Shown piece after piece: positions 18,503 to 29,757 of a stretch of DNA of 39,693 nucleotides; within the stretch, counting starts at the first letter, position 1; every line of letters begins with the position of its first letter. The stretch covers positions 1 through 39,693 of the forward strand of contig CDRNVI010000102.1 of NCBI GenBank assembly GCA_977017575.1, in the 5' to 3' direction. The translations under genes and the position numbers were made by a program. This DNA comes from Paramoeba atlantica. Taxonomy: Eukaryota; Protista; Discosea. The notes under the pieces were generated by a model. The model had not been told where the DNA came from. It saw only the letters and a program-made list of their open reading frames with translations, and made no database searches.

Positions 18503-19860
18503 TACCTAGCGCCTCCTATTGAGAGCTCCAATACGGACATGCCTCTTTCCTGAGCAAATTCTTGACTGCGAAGTCTTGAAAGTACTTCTTTTTCTCTGTT
18601 GGTGCTCACCAGCATGCATGAATTCTTTGGTACCCCATCAGTAGCATACTGGGCGTTTTTTAAGAAACCCTTAAACGATGAAGCGCATAAGCTTGGATCC
18701 CGCAAGTTCATCAGCATTCTTTGATGTTCAAAGTCCTTTTCACTTGTTCCATCTGCTCTATGTTGGGTGGTAAGATTCGTAAAAACAAATTCATTGATTC
18801 CTAATGTACATGAATGGGGGCTGCAGCTAGCACCGTAGACAAGTGATGAGCCTGAAGTTCGTACTGGGGGTAATTGGAAAAAATCCCCGACCATGACTAT
18901 GGAAAACCCGCCAAATATTGCTTGGCTCTCAGAAACTGCACAAAGTCTTTGATGAATTTGCCACAAAGTCTTAGTTGACATCGTGTGTCACGATGCTTCG
19001 TCGATCAAAACGGTATCCACGCCATTGAATTTTTGTCTTAACTTTTTCAGCCTCTGAGGGTTTAGATAATCTAGGAAAGCGCTCTTACTCTTTTTACTCC
19101 ACGCTGCTGGGAAACAGAATCCAAAATGTATGGTCTCCCCATTAATGTTGACAGCGCAAGCCCCCGAGTATCCGAAGGCAAGTGCGGATCTTGGGCGGAA
19201 AGCGTTCTTGGCTTCCATAAAGCATCGGCTGGTTTCACTTTTACCACACCCTGGACCTCCATGTAGAAAGGCTTTGTATCCTTCTGACAATCCTATATGA
19301 TTTTCTGTTTGCTTTAGTGTGTTGAGAACGAATTGCTCTTGATCCTTATCTAACTTTTTGTCGAGAGACCTATTCCTTATATGTTTTTCACCTACACGAA
19401 AAATGAGCTCAACACTTTTGTTTATACTAAGAACTCGGGCTTTCGAGAACGGATTCTGATTCAAACTTTCCAATACATCTTCTTGCGTTGCATTATTTTG
19501 CTTGAGCTCATCAATATCATGATCAGGCGTTTGATTTGAAATTATCCTCCTGGATTTCCCAGCTGACACCTTTATCTGAAACTTGTATGTTTTGTTGTCG
19601 AAGTTATCGCGACAGGATGTACTCATTGCGCCGATGCTCTGAGGCGCAGCATAGCAATGATTCGTTCTCTGATCCGATGTCCATGTATCTTTCAAAAGCC
19701 TTTCTACTTGATCTTCAAGTTCAACCAAAAAAAGTTCAGTTTCAACGTTTCTTTTCTTTCCTTTCTTCGAATTTGCTTGATGTTGTGCAAGGAGATCGTT
19801 CGCTTCCTGAATTCCATCCGCAGCTTCTTTTTCTAAACACCCAGTAGCTTCTGCAACATC
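18493..19860 (-). pseudogene. Pif1-family (SF1B) helicase, C-terminally deleted
   Basis: LHGGPGCGKS (Walker A), VLIDEAS (Walker B), FGGFSIVMVGDFFQLPPV (motif III), LTTQHR. In-frame TGA at 18988-18990. Motifs V/VI are not seen. Confidence 0.9.
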
Positions 19861-22800
19861 TTACGCTGTTTCTGTTAAGCCTTTTGATTCCCATTCTTCA
19901 TACGTAGTAGCTTCCCGGTGCCTAAACATGTTGATCATGCATCTTGGTTCTTCAAAGGAAGAATCCTGAATTCCGATTCTGCAAATTTCCGGAGGGTATT
20001 CCGTTCCTTCCACCTTTTTTCCCTCACTACACTCCTTGAGTATCTTCAAGTACTCTTTCCAGTCGCTTGGCCTATATGATATTTTCTTATCTTTTGAGAA
20101 GGGGCGCATAAGGGCAGAAAAATATTTCGCGTGTTTTATTGCTAAAACAGTTGTAGAATGATCGCAATCTGTAGCGACATCCCGGAGATGTGACCAGTGC
20201 GGTATATACCCTGGAGATGGGATAACATATTTGCTCCGTATTCGCTGAGTAAAAGTTTCAATCAGCGGATGTCCTTTCTTGAATGCGAATGTAGTGTTTC
20301 TTAATCTCCCTTTCTTGGTTTTACCAATTGTTTTCACTGATGATATGCGAACTCTCGCAATAGTGGCGTCGTAAAGGTAAAAATTTAAGAACTCAAGTTC
20401 TGTGCCTCGAAAGTAATAGTCCAGAGCCTTACTGCACATTTCAGTAGACCCATCAGCCCTTACAATCACATCAGAGAGGCCTTCATTATCTGATATTTCG
20501 CTATCAGTCTCTGTTTCGTCTTCCTGTACTCCTGAAACGCCTTTGACCATTAATTTAGATGCCTGCCGTACATCCAAGTAGGAAACTATATGTCTGCATT
20601 CTTCCGACTCATAACCAAGGCAACAATACATGGCCAGCTGGGCCACTTCTTGCATCCCTAGTTGACTATTTTCAAGCCTATTGCAGAGCAACGTGTCTGC
20701 TGAATTCTCGTGCGATCTTCGGCTTCCGTATTTTTCTTTGTGTTTTGCTGCTTGAACTTCCCCAATACAAGTATTGATATCAAGCAAGTTTTTGGACAAA
20801 TATTTAAAAAGATAGAAAGTAGTTATCGCTGCAACGCAAGCTGATCCGAGAAAAACAACATTTGTATTGAATCCCAGGAGGCAGGACATGATCGAATTGT
20901 ATTCTGCAGCATTTTTTTCCCTTGATGATCTCTTAGGCAAGTACAATAGAGGGCGAAAGTCAGGTGACATATAACCAAAGAAAGAGGGCTCTGTACTTTC
21001 AGCACGGGCCGCCATATTTTCTGAAACTGTTTTTACCACTACTTTTCCTGGTGTAGAACTTGATTGTTCTAACAAATAAAAAGCATTCAATGGCGCAACC
21101 TGGCGTGGGTGTGCATATCGGCATTTTGTTGGCGCTACACCTATATTTTTGAAACATTTCTCCGTATGCACATGCTGTTGCACAGTTGATGCAACTCGAT
21201 GCTCTCTGATATCCATGGCTTTCTGATTATCGAATGGCGGGCATGCCTCTAACCCCACTCTTCCCCCGACGCTTCTCGTATCTCCTTTATCCCACGGCAC
21301 GGAAACCGTCATCCAATCAGAAACTAATTGGCTTATACTGTTTCTTTCTGATTCCATATGAATCTTTTCGGAAGCATATTCAGCGAGAGGGATGCCCCAT
21401 AGAACAATATGCATATGCAAATTTCCTCTACCTTGTGTCTCAACCACCCCAAACATTCCCTTCATAATCTTGAAAACTCCGACGGGCATTTCTTCTGAAA
21501 TAGCACTGACTGATTGGCCTGATTTTTTAAATCGTTTGTGCGGGACTACACCAAATATCGTGGTAAGTAACGCATCAATAATTAAATGAAATGTTTGCGC
21601 TGCATATGCAGGGTGATCTCGCACTTTTTGTACACTTTGGTACGCATCGTCAATTAGAAAATCCTCTTGCACGCTTTTTGAAGAGGCGCATAGGTATTAC
21701 AGGGTAATTTTCATATCTGGATCGCATGGGGATACGGTGACGTAGAGTGTCGGATGACCCATGAACCCATGAATTGCCACCATTTGTTTAAAGCACGCAT
21801 TCCGAGCTGCGTCGGAAAATGGAACATCACGAGTTACAATATGCAGGACATTGCATGCTTCCAACAGAAGCTTACGATTTTCCTTTCGTTGAGGGTCCTT
21901 CTGTGCCTCCTTCAACTGCACAATTATATTTTCTTTTTCCAAAAGTTTCTTTGCTTTTTTCCACATATTGGGCTTGACTCTCACACTTCGAGCTAAGGAA
22001 TGGCGCCTGATTTGATCCCAATGTAAGAAACCAAAATTTCCGTTTCTGCACCAACGAGGGTCGTTTTGCAACAACAAATGCTTCAGGCCGCTGTCAGGAG
22101 TAAGGGGGCGCTTTAGGAGATTGGCAGACGCTTCAGAAAGAACTGGAAAAAGATCTGGAAACCCCATTCCCAAAATTTTGTCATTCTCGTTAAACTCGTT
22201 AGCTGCACTTGTAACGTGAATTCTGGCATGGTGCCTTATTTGGTCATTACCTTTTATGAGGTTTGTTAGGCTTTCGACTATCTCATCCTCAGCATTTCGT
22301 TGGGGAGGTTCACATAGTAAAACGTTTTCTACCTCCGGCTTTTCTTCTTCTATCGCGTTTCGTTTATGAGCTAATAGTGAAGCTGCCACTGAAATGGCAT
22401 TGTTGACCACAGTTGCTTCTTCAAGTATTCTTTTGCTTTCGTTCACCAAATCCTCTATTCTCTGTTCCGATATGTGAATATCTGAGTAGAATACATTCTT
22501 TAAGAAAATAAAGCCAAGCTCTTGTAGCGTCAGCCCGAACAGAGAAATATGCCTGTAGGGAAGCATCTGTTTCAGCTTTCCTTTTTGTTTGTTCACCGAC
22601 AAATGTTACAAACACCCTCTGTTCAGTAGCTGGAAGAATCTGAGCTATGTCCTGAGGTCCTGTTGAAAACAATGAAATAACATGATTTCGAAATTTTTTC
22701 TCAAAATTCCGCTCATAACGAATTTCACAGAGCGTCTGGAAATTTAGAATACGGCATATGGCCGATCGTTCGACAACTCCCAATGTTGGCAAACGGAGAT

Positions 22801-23185
22801 CTCTTAAATTCAGACCAAAGTCCCAGTCGTTCTTAAACGAAAAGTATGGGATGCCTCCTAGTCTAACGCGTTTCCTGCAACGAGAACACGAGCGCACCTC
22901 AGTACCAAACACCGCCTCCGAATCTATGCAATACAGATTTCCACCTATCGAAGACGTGTGTTTTCCTTTTAAGTTTGCATCCATGCTAGTACGAAGCATG
23001 TCACAGTCTTTTACAGGGATTCCTTCCAAAATCTCATGGGAAGGTTCAATAACCCCACACACGCCACACGACGTAGCTTTAAGCTCTGTATTCCTTTGGC
23101 AATTATGAAAATGAGGCCAATTATGAGTTCTATGAATAATGAGGCCAATTATGAGTTCTAACTTTCTATGAATGTACGGTATCAC
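19861..23185 (-). pseudogene. Helitron Rep region (N-terminal domains plus HUH endonuclease)
   Basis: CSRC...LGVVERSAICRIL (DUF6570-like by recall), QMVAIHGFMGHPTLYVTVSPCD (Helitron_like_N-type), GVVETQGRGNLHMHIVLW (HUH), QHVHTEKCFK...CRYAHP, FYLFKYLSK (Y2 motif). Frameshift at ~22500; in-frame TAA at 21697-21699 and 19861-19863. Confidence 0.9.
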
Positions 23186-23228
23186 CTTCTTACTTACTTT
23201 CCTACTTACTTTACTTCGCCCTTATCAA

Positions 23229-23380
23229 CTTCGCCCGCTTCTCTCCCTTATCTCCCCCCCCAAAGAAACCATCCGCGACTTCCCGACTTCACCCGCTTCT
23301 TTCCCTCACTCCCCCCCCCCGAGCATCCATCCGCGCCTTCCAAACTTTGCCCTCCTCTTTCCCTCACTTCCCCCCAGAGT
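23229..23380. repeat. Degenerate 58-bp pyrimidine-rich tandem repeat, about 2.7 copies
   Basis: acttcgcccgc / acttcacccgc / actttgccctc start at ~23229, 23287 and 23345. Confidence 0.7.
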
Positions 23381-23658
23381 ACCTTTTTTTTTTTTCTTGC
23401 CCAAAACTAGCAATTTAAGCACCCCTAAGTATATACTACAAACAAGGAACAGTAAAAGTTTTTTTTTTTTTTTTTTGCAAATAATTGGGGGGAATAGTAT
23501 TGAGTTTAACGTTTTTATCTACTTTTCGAACACTTTCGCTTTTTTTTTTTTTTTTATACCAAACTAAATAAATGAAATCTCTAAACAAAACAAACAAATC
23601 ATATCTCATAATATAAATATTATGTGCCCCGAAGAATTATATCAATCATCCTAAATTT

Positions 23659-24057
23659 CTAAACATGCAGTTTCATGTTTTCCAGTGAAGCAGCACCTCT
23701 ATATTTGCAGGAGGAGCATCTGAACACTCGCCTGCTAGGTAAGAAAAGCACCTTTCTATGGGATTTGTTATACGTTGCTAAGAAGGCTCTAATTTGATGA
23801 GATTCCCCTCTCTCATGCCGTTGAACGTTCTTTCTCACTGCTTCAATATTGCAAACATCGCACATGTAAAGTGCAACGTTAACGCTTCCTTCTACTTTCT
23901 GAACATCATACATTTCCTCACCATCTTTGCAATGCTTCTCCCGCATGCTTATCCCGTGCCGCTTCATATTTCTTTGCAAACTAAAGCATCCGCAAATATT
24001 GCAACGTACTTTTTGACTCTCGTGAGACGACAGGTGGGTATGTCTCTTTTTCGGCAT
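23659..24057 (-). CDS. Zinc-finger ORF (C2H2/matrin-like fingers) upstream of Helitron Rep
   Basis: CNIC...RNMKRH, CDVC...NVQRHERGESH, CSSC...NMKLH; same strand as and 5' of Rep. Confidence 0.6.
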   Translation of the reverse strand: MPKKRHTHLSSHESQKVRCNICGCFSLQRNMKRHGISMREKHCKDGEEMYDVQKVEGSVNVALYMCDVCNIEAVRKNVQRHERGESHQIRAFLATYNKSHRKVLFLPSRRVFRCSSCKYRGAASLENMKLHV

Positions 24058-24442
24058 ACTAGAGGAATAAAAAAAGGGTTTGAAATTACTCTAGCACGAA
24101 ATGCCGCTCTATTACTGTACCTGAACACACTTCAACCTCGTAAACGCCAACTTCACTTTTCATACATTGTCAAACCATACAAAATTTCAAATTCCTTTCA
24201 TGGCAGTCTTCCTCCAAAAATGGCTTTTTCATTACTAACACAGTAATGATTCAATTTCCTACTTGTACCACTATGGTGAAGTGTCTTAGCTCGGGCGGCG
24301 GGGTGCGCTAAGCCCCAACACTACTAGCCTAAATCATCAACCAAAGCTTTCAAAGTATGCTAGCAGTGCCCCTGGCCGGAGTGATTCTCTTTCTCTTTCC
24401 TTTATTTCTACCGCCCACCTTTCCACGCCCTTCTTTTTCTAC

Positions 24443-26370
24443 ACATCCTCGCTCTGTGTCTCTCCTGTCCCACCCTCTCTCTGAGAATAGTATGACCCTG
24501 CTCGTTTTTCTCTACATATATACAAAATGCAAACCGTGTTTTTGGTGGCCAGCTGGCCACTTTTCGACGAAGCACAAACCGTGTTTAGGGTGGCCAGCTG
24601 GCCACCCTTCCACAACATGGCCAGCTGGCCACCCTTCCACAACACTCTCCCACCCCCGTGGGACTCACTCAGTGGACTCACTCAACGTGAGCCACTGCCC
24701 CACCTGGCAGTGCTCTGACTCTCTCACGTGTCACTGTAGGTACAGTGCCGATGCAGTCACTACCTTACGTGGCAGTACTCTCACTCTCTCACGTGCTACT
24801 GCAGCTGCACTGCATCACTGCAGTCACTGCCTCACGTGACACTACTCTTACTCTCGCACGTGCCACTGCAGCTACACTGCATCACTGCCTCACGGGGCAC
24901 TGCTCTCACTCTCTCACGTGCTACTGCAGCTACACTGCAGTCATTGCCTCACGTGGCAGTACTCTCACTCTCTCACGTGCTACTGCAGCTGCACTGCATC
25001 ACTGCAGTCACTGCCTCACGTGGCAGTAATCTTACTCTCTCACGTGCCACTGTAGCTACACTGCAGTCACTGACTCTGTCACATTCCACTGTATCTACAC
25101 TGCATTCACTGCCTCACGTGGCAGTACTCTCACTCTCTCACGTGCTACTGCAGCTACACTGCATCACTGCCTCACGTGACACTACTCTTACTCTCGCACG
25201 TGCCAATACAGCTGCACTGCGATCACTGCCTCACGTGGCAGTACTCTCACTCTCTCACGTGCTACTGCAGCTACACTGCAGTCACTGCCTCACGTGGAAC
25301 TACTCTTACTCTCGCACGTGCCACTGCAGCTACACTGCATCACTGCCTCACGGGGCACTGCTCTCACTCTCTCACGTGCTACTGCAGCTACACTGCAGTC
25401 ACTGCCTCACGTGGCAGTACTCTCACTCTCTCACGTGTTACTGCAGCTGCACTGCATCACTGCAGTCACTGCCTCACGTGGCAGTAATCTTACTCTCTCA
25501 CGTGCCACTGTAGCTACACTGCAGTCACTGACTCTCTCACATTCCACTGTATCTACACTGCATTCACTGCCTCACGTGGCAGTAATCTTACTCTCGCACG
25601 TGCCGCTGCAGCTGCGCTGCATCACTGCAGTCACTGCCTCACGTGGCACTACTCTTACTCTCTCACGTGCCACTGCAGCTACACTGCATCACTGCAGTCA
25701 CTGCCTCACATGGCAGTGCACTTACTCTCGCACGTGCCACTGCAGCTGCACTGCAGTCACTGCCTCACATGGCAGTGCACTTACTCTCTCACGTGCCACT
25801 GCAGCTACACTGCATCACTGCAGCCACTGCCTCACATGGCAGTGCACTTACTCTCTCACGTGCCACTGCAGCTGCACTGCATCACTGTGCAATCACTGCC
25901 TCACGTGGCACTGCTCTCACTCTCTCAAGGGCCACTGTAGCTACACACTGTACCACTCGGACCTGCACATTATTTTTCTCTCTATATATGTACAAACTGC
26001 AAACCGTGTTTTTGGTGGCCAGCTGGCCACTTTTTTCGAGAAAAAAAAATCGTTCCGAATTTGTTTTTTTCGCGATTTTGAGCAAATAATTTTTTTTGTT
26101 CAAAAATGTCGATGCCGGGAATCGAACCGCGGACATCCAGCGTCAAAATGGAACCCCTTTACCAACTGGACTACTCAAAGGACTCTCCTTAGTCAACCAG
26201 TTTTAGACCCGTTGTAGATGATTTTTCGAGTATTAAAGAGTTCATCTAATGAGCTACTGCTACGTTTTAAAATTTTGAAAAAACTCGATCTCTCGCTTCT
26301 TTGAGGGGCATTTTCAAGTTTTGGAATTAACCTTAGTAAGCGAGTTAGATACTCCGTATCTCCCTCAATA
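24443..26370. mobile_element. Unclassified element E, copy 2 (left end uninterrupted, longer minisatellite)
   Basis: Begins cacatcctcgctctgtgtctctcctgtcccaccc. Same direct repeats, palindromes and tRNA-like cassette (26107-26180, minus) as copy 1; short internal deletion near 26205. Confidence 0.8.
24694..25940. repeat. CACGTG-rich minisatellite, about 20 units
   Basis: Same unit as 13826-14370, expanded. Confidence 0.92.
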
Positions 26371-27574
26371 GAAGAAAAAAATATAAAAGGGGGCTCCGGT
26401 GGTCCAAAACTTAAAAAAAATTGAAAAAAATGGGGGGTCCAGGGGGGGTCATGGTTTTTCGAAAACAAAACCGCAGAAAGGGTAGCCGGGGTCTTGGCGC
26501 GCATTTTCCACCCTCCTACCCGGGGGTGACCCCCCCGCCTATCCGCAGGACGGGTCCGCCAAGTTTTGATTTTTTCGGAAAAAAAATTTTGAAAAAAAAT
26601 TCAACTTGGCGAAAAAAATGACAAAAAAGATATTTTTCCAAAATCGTTTCCCCTATTGTATTTTGATAGTTTGGAACCTACACTAGCTTTCTCCGCAGTT
26701 GTTTTCGCAAGGTATCCCTTCTTCTAACCGTGGTGCGCCCCTCAAAATGACCCATTTTTGACCACAAAAGGTGAAAAAGTATTTTTCGGACCTAAAGGGG
26801 CATTTTTGTGTCGAAAGAATGGTATGGTTGGAGTCGCATTCTCTACCCAATACGTTCGGTAGGCTTCCATTCATGCCTACGAGTGATTTCCCACGCGCAA
26901 ATGTCGGATTTAGTGCTCTGAGAGCAAAAATACCCAAAAATGACCCCATTTTTACCCGATATTCGGCTATTTTTGGCTATAATCTTTCCGTTTTCCAGGC
27001 TAAATTTTCTTTTTTAGGCTCTTCGTTAAACGCGGTGGTGGTTTTCAACTCGAAGAGCGTAGCATGAGTGACTTCTAAGTTGAAAACAACCACCGCGTTT
27101 AACGAAGAGCCTAAAAAAGAAATATAAAAGGGGGCTCCGGTGGTCCAAAACTGAAAAAAAAAATTGAAAAAAATGGGGGGTCCATGGGGGGGCTCCATGG
27201 GGGTCCATGGGGGAGGTCCAGGGGGGGGTCATTTCACTGAGGGGAACCTTCAGGGAACCAGCTCCCTTCAGGGAACCAGCTCCCTTACCCGTCTTAAACC
27301 TCTTGGGTAAGCCGTGTTGACGTACAGTTCGTCGACGCAGCGTGTTGACAACAGCACGTTGGTGCCGCCTTGGACAAGCGGAAACTGGTAGAGGACGTCG
27401 GCCTCGGAACTTCCAAATCTGTCTGTGAAGGGTCTGGCTTGCCAGTGACCATCCAGAGCGATCCGGAATGATTTGGATTTTTTTTTTTGGATTTTTTTTT
27501 GGAGGGTCCGGGAAGGTCCTCCGAGTACTGGGCCTAGTCGGTTCTCAGCCCAGCCCTCAGAGCGAGGCCGCCTC

Positions 27575-28030
27575 TTAGACTTCGGCATTCGCATCACTAT
27601 AATCCCCCACTCTTTTATTGAATCCACGGTTCCGGTGTTGGTTTCCCATGTTGCGGTTAATTAACTTTTGGTAGTGGTCAATCCCCGTTTTACGAATTTC
27701 ATAAACCGCTCTCCGTGATATACCATATTTTTGTTCGATTTGCTTTACAGAACTTTGAGATCTGCGAATTTCTCGTTTCTCGAATATAGTAAGTTCAGTA
27801 CGCTGTCGTTTTTCCTGAACTGTTACCGTCGGGGTGTTGTTAATAATAAGGGATGTGCGCTCCCCTACTTGCGGTTGGGGAGGGAGATTCCGAAGCCAAG
27901 TGGTCAGAGGTCCACGCATAGAGTGAACTGTGGTCGGAACTCCGTCAGTATCTGACATAAGGGTGAAAAGTACGGGAGAAAGAGAGGAACAAGTATACAA
28001 ATATATATTATCTCCACACACTAAATGCAC
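27575..28030 (-). pseudogene. Truncated pogo/Tigger-type transposase N-terminus (CENP-B/psq-like HTH)
   Basis: KRQRTELTIFEKREI...KQIEQKYGISRRAVYEIRK. No second HTH or DDE domain follows. Confidence 0.6.
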
Positions 28031-28181
28031 ATCAGAGGCTTAAAAGCACAAAGCCCTTTGAAGAAATTGGGTAAAAATAGGCAAAACATCTGCTCTCAAA
28101 AAAACGCTCCGAAAATTCAACATGGAATTTGTGCATATTAAGGGGGGGGGGAGGGAAGGGGGTGCATATTAAAGGGGGGGT

Positions 28182-29757
28182 CACAGTATCAGAAGCAATG
28201 GTTCACACTGCACAAAAACTATCGAGAAAAGGAGCAGCGACACCCCAAACGCAATTAATGACAGAAACAGCGATGAAATTTAATACGGAAACAAAATCGT
28301 CTCAAACTTCAGGATTTCGCGACTTGTTTCTGCAAAGCAGAAAACCAGACCACTTCAAAGAAGTTCTAAAAAAGCACGGAACAGAAATTGAGGCACAAAT
28401 TCAAAAAGAATGTTCCGAGATTGAATATGGTTTAAGGAAAAATCGGTCTAATCCGTGGCGCACGCTGCGGAGGGTTTGCGGTTCATACAGGGACACCTTT
28501 CGCATAGAGACCTCATCGACGAGAGAGACACTTCATATTGTGAAGGATTTCTTTGCGCGTATGGGCTCCGATGATCGTGGAGATAAAAACATTACCTTCG
28601 AAGCGGTGACCTCCATTAAAATACCGATAAATGATGATATTTTTTCCATGGAAGAGCTAGAAGATGGAATAAGCCGGCTCGCGCGCAAGGAATGGGCGCC
28701 TGGAATAGATCAAATCCTGCGGAAGTACTTGCGATTATCACGGAACACAAGGATCTGAGAAACGTAATGTTAAATATCATCAATGAAGTTCACCGTAAAG
28801 GAGTTTCGCCCGAGTCCTGGAAGGTAGTACTTCAGGTTCCTATTCCTAAAAAAGGCGACCTGACACAAATTTCGAACTGGCGACCAATCTGCCTCGTCAA
28901 CAGCGAGGTAAAATTAATGAACGCAATGATTCTTCGAAGAATGAGACCAGCCATTGAACCGCTTCTAAGGGATAGTCAATTCGGATTTCGCCCGGAAAGG
29001 TCCACAGCAGGAGCGCAGAAAATACTTAATGATGTGAAGATAAGGTCGTCACGCAACAAGAGGAGGGTCGCAGTTGCATTCATGGATTTTGCTAAAGCTT
29101 TTCCTTCGGTATCTTTTTATGCAATCCGTGCTGCTCTTAAAGCTTTTCACGTCGGACCAGCGATCACTAGTATGATAATGTCACTGTATTCCAATCTAAG
29201 AGGCATAGTCCAAACACCGTACGGCAATACGGATTCTTTCCCTATTGAAACAGGAATTCTCCAGGGAGACGTTCTTGCTCCTAATTTGTTTGTGCTTGTT
29301 ATTGAAAGAATTCTTCACAAAGCGACCGATAACAAACCTCCAGGGATTCTGTTGAGGAGCAGCGGGACAAAAAGTAGGGGAATTCAAGAATTTCGATTGA
29401 AGGACATTTATTACGCAGACGATATTGCTCTTCTGGCGGAGACAAAACATGAAATATCCGAAATGATAGAAGCTACGGCTAATGAAGCACAATATGCCAA
29501 TCTAAGGGTTGCTGTGGGAAAACATAAGACTGCGTGGATGGCCTTCGGGAAGGTTCCCGGGGGAACAAGAGAACTTCGGGCGGGATAAATGGGAAAGATT
29601 ACTCTCGTGGATTCCTACCGACATCTTGGTCACCTTCAAGATGTTACGGCAGCATCCCCCATCAAAGATCGACTGAGATTAACATGGGCAGCGTTTCGCA
29701 AGCTTAATGGAATCTGGGCCTCACCACTGAGTGCTGCTACGAATAGCGCCTGTTTGA
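28182..29757 (+). pseudogene. Non-LTR retrotransposon RT fragment, unit 1
   Basis: FRDLFLQSRK, NPWRTLRR, NWRPICL, FMDFAKAF, GILQGDVLAP, YYADD. In-frame TAA at 29586-29588. Truncated at the hairpin module. Confidence 0.92.

Larger units (their letters stand above)
18012..24057 (-). mobile_element. Helitron2/Helentron-like rolling-circle transposon, disrupted
   Basis: Collinear Zn-finger ORF, Rep N-terminal region, HUH Rep, Pif1 helicase and Ulp1-type protease on one strand. Termini not firmly defined. Confidence 0.88.

Noticed and set aside
26771-27067. Recurrent short ORFs in modules A/B/C (MKKYFSDL..., MGSFLGIF..., MTPPW...)
   Set aside because: They recur only because the DNA repeat recurs; starts are mostly GTG/TTG, both strands are open, and the composition is homopolymer-driven.
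19861-29588. Alternative genetic code (TAA as sense) suggested by in-frame TAA at 19861, 21697 and 29586
   Set aside because: The 1174-aa, 774-aa and 338-aa ORFs contain no internal TAA/TAG, which would be expected if they were sense codons. The same elements also have frameshifts and a TGA, so these are nonsense mutations.
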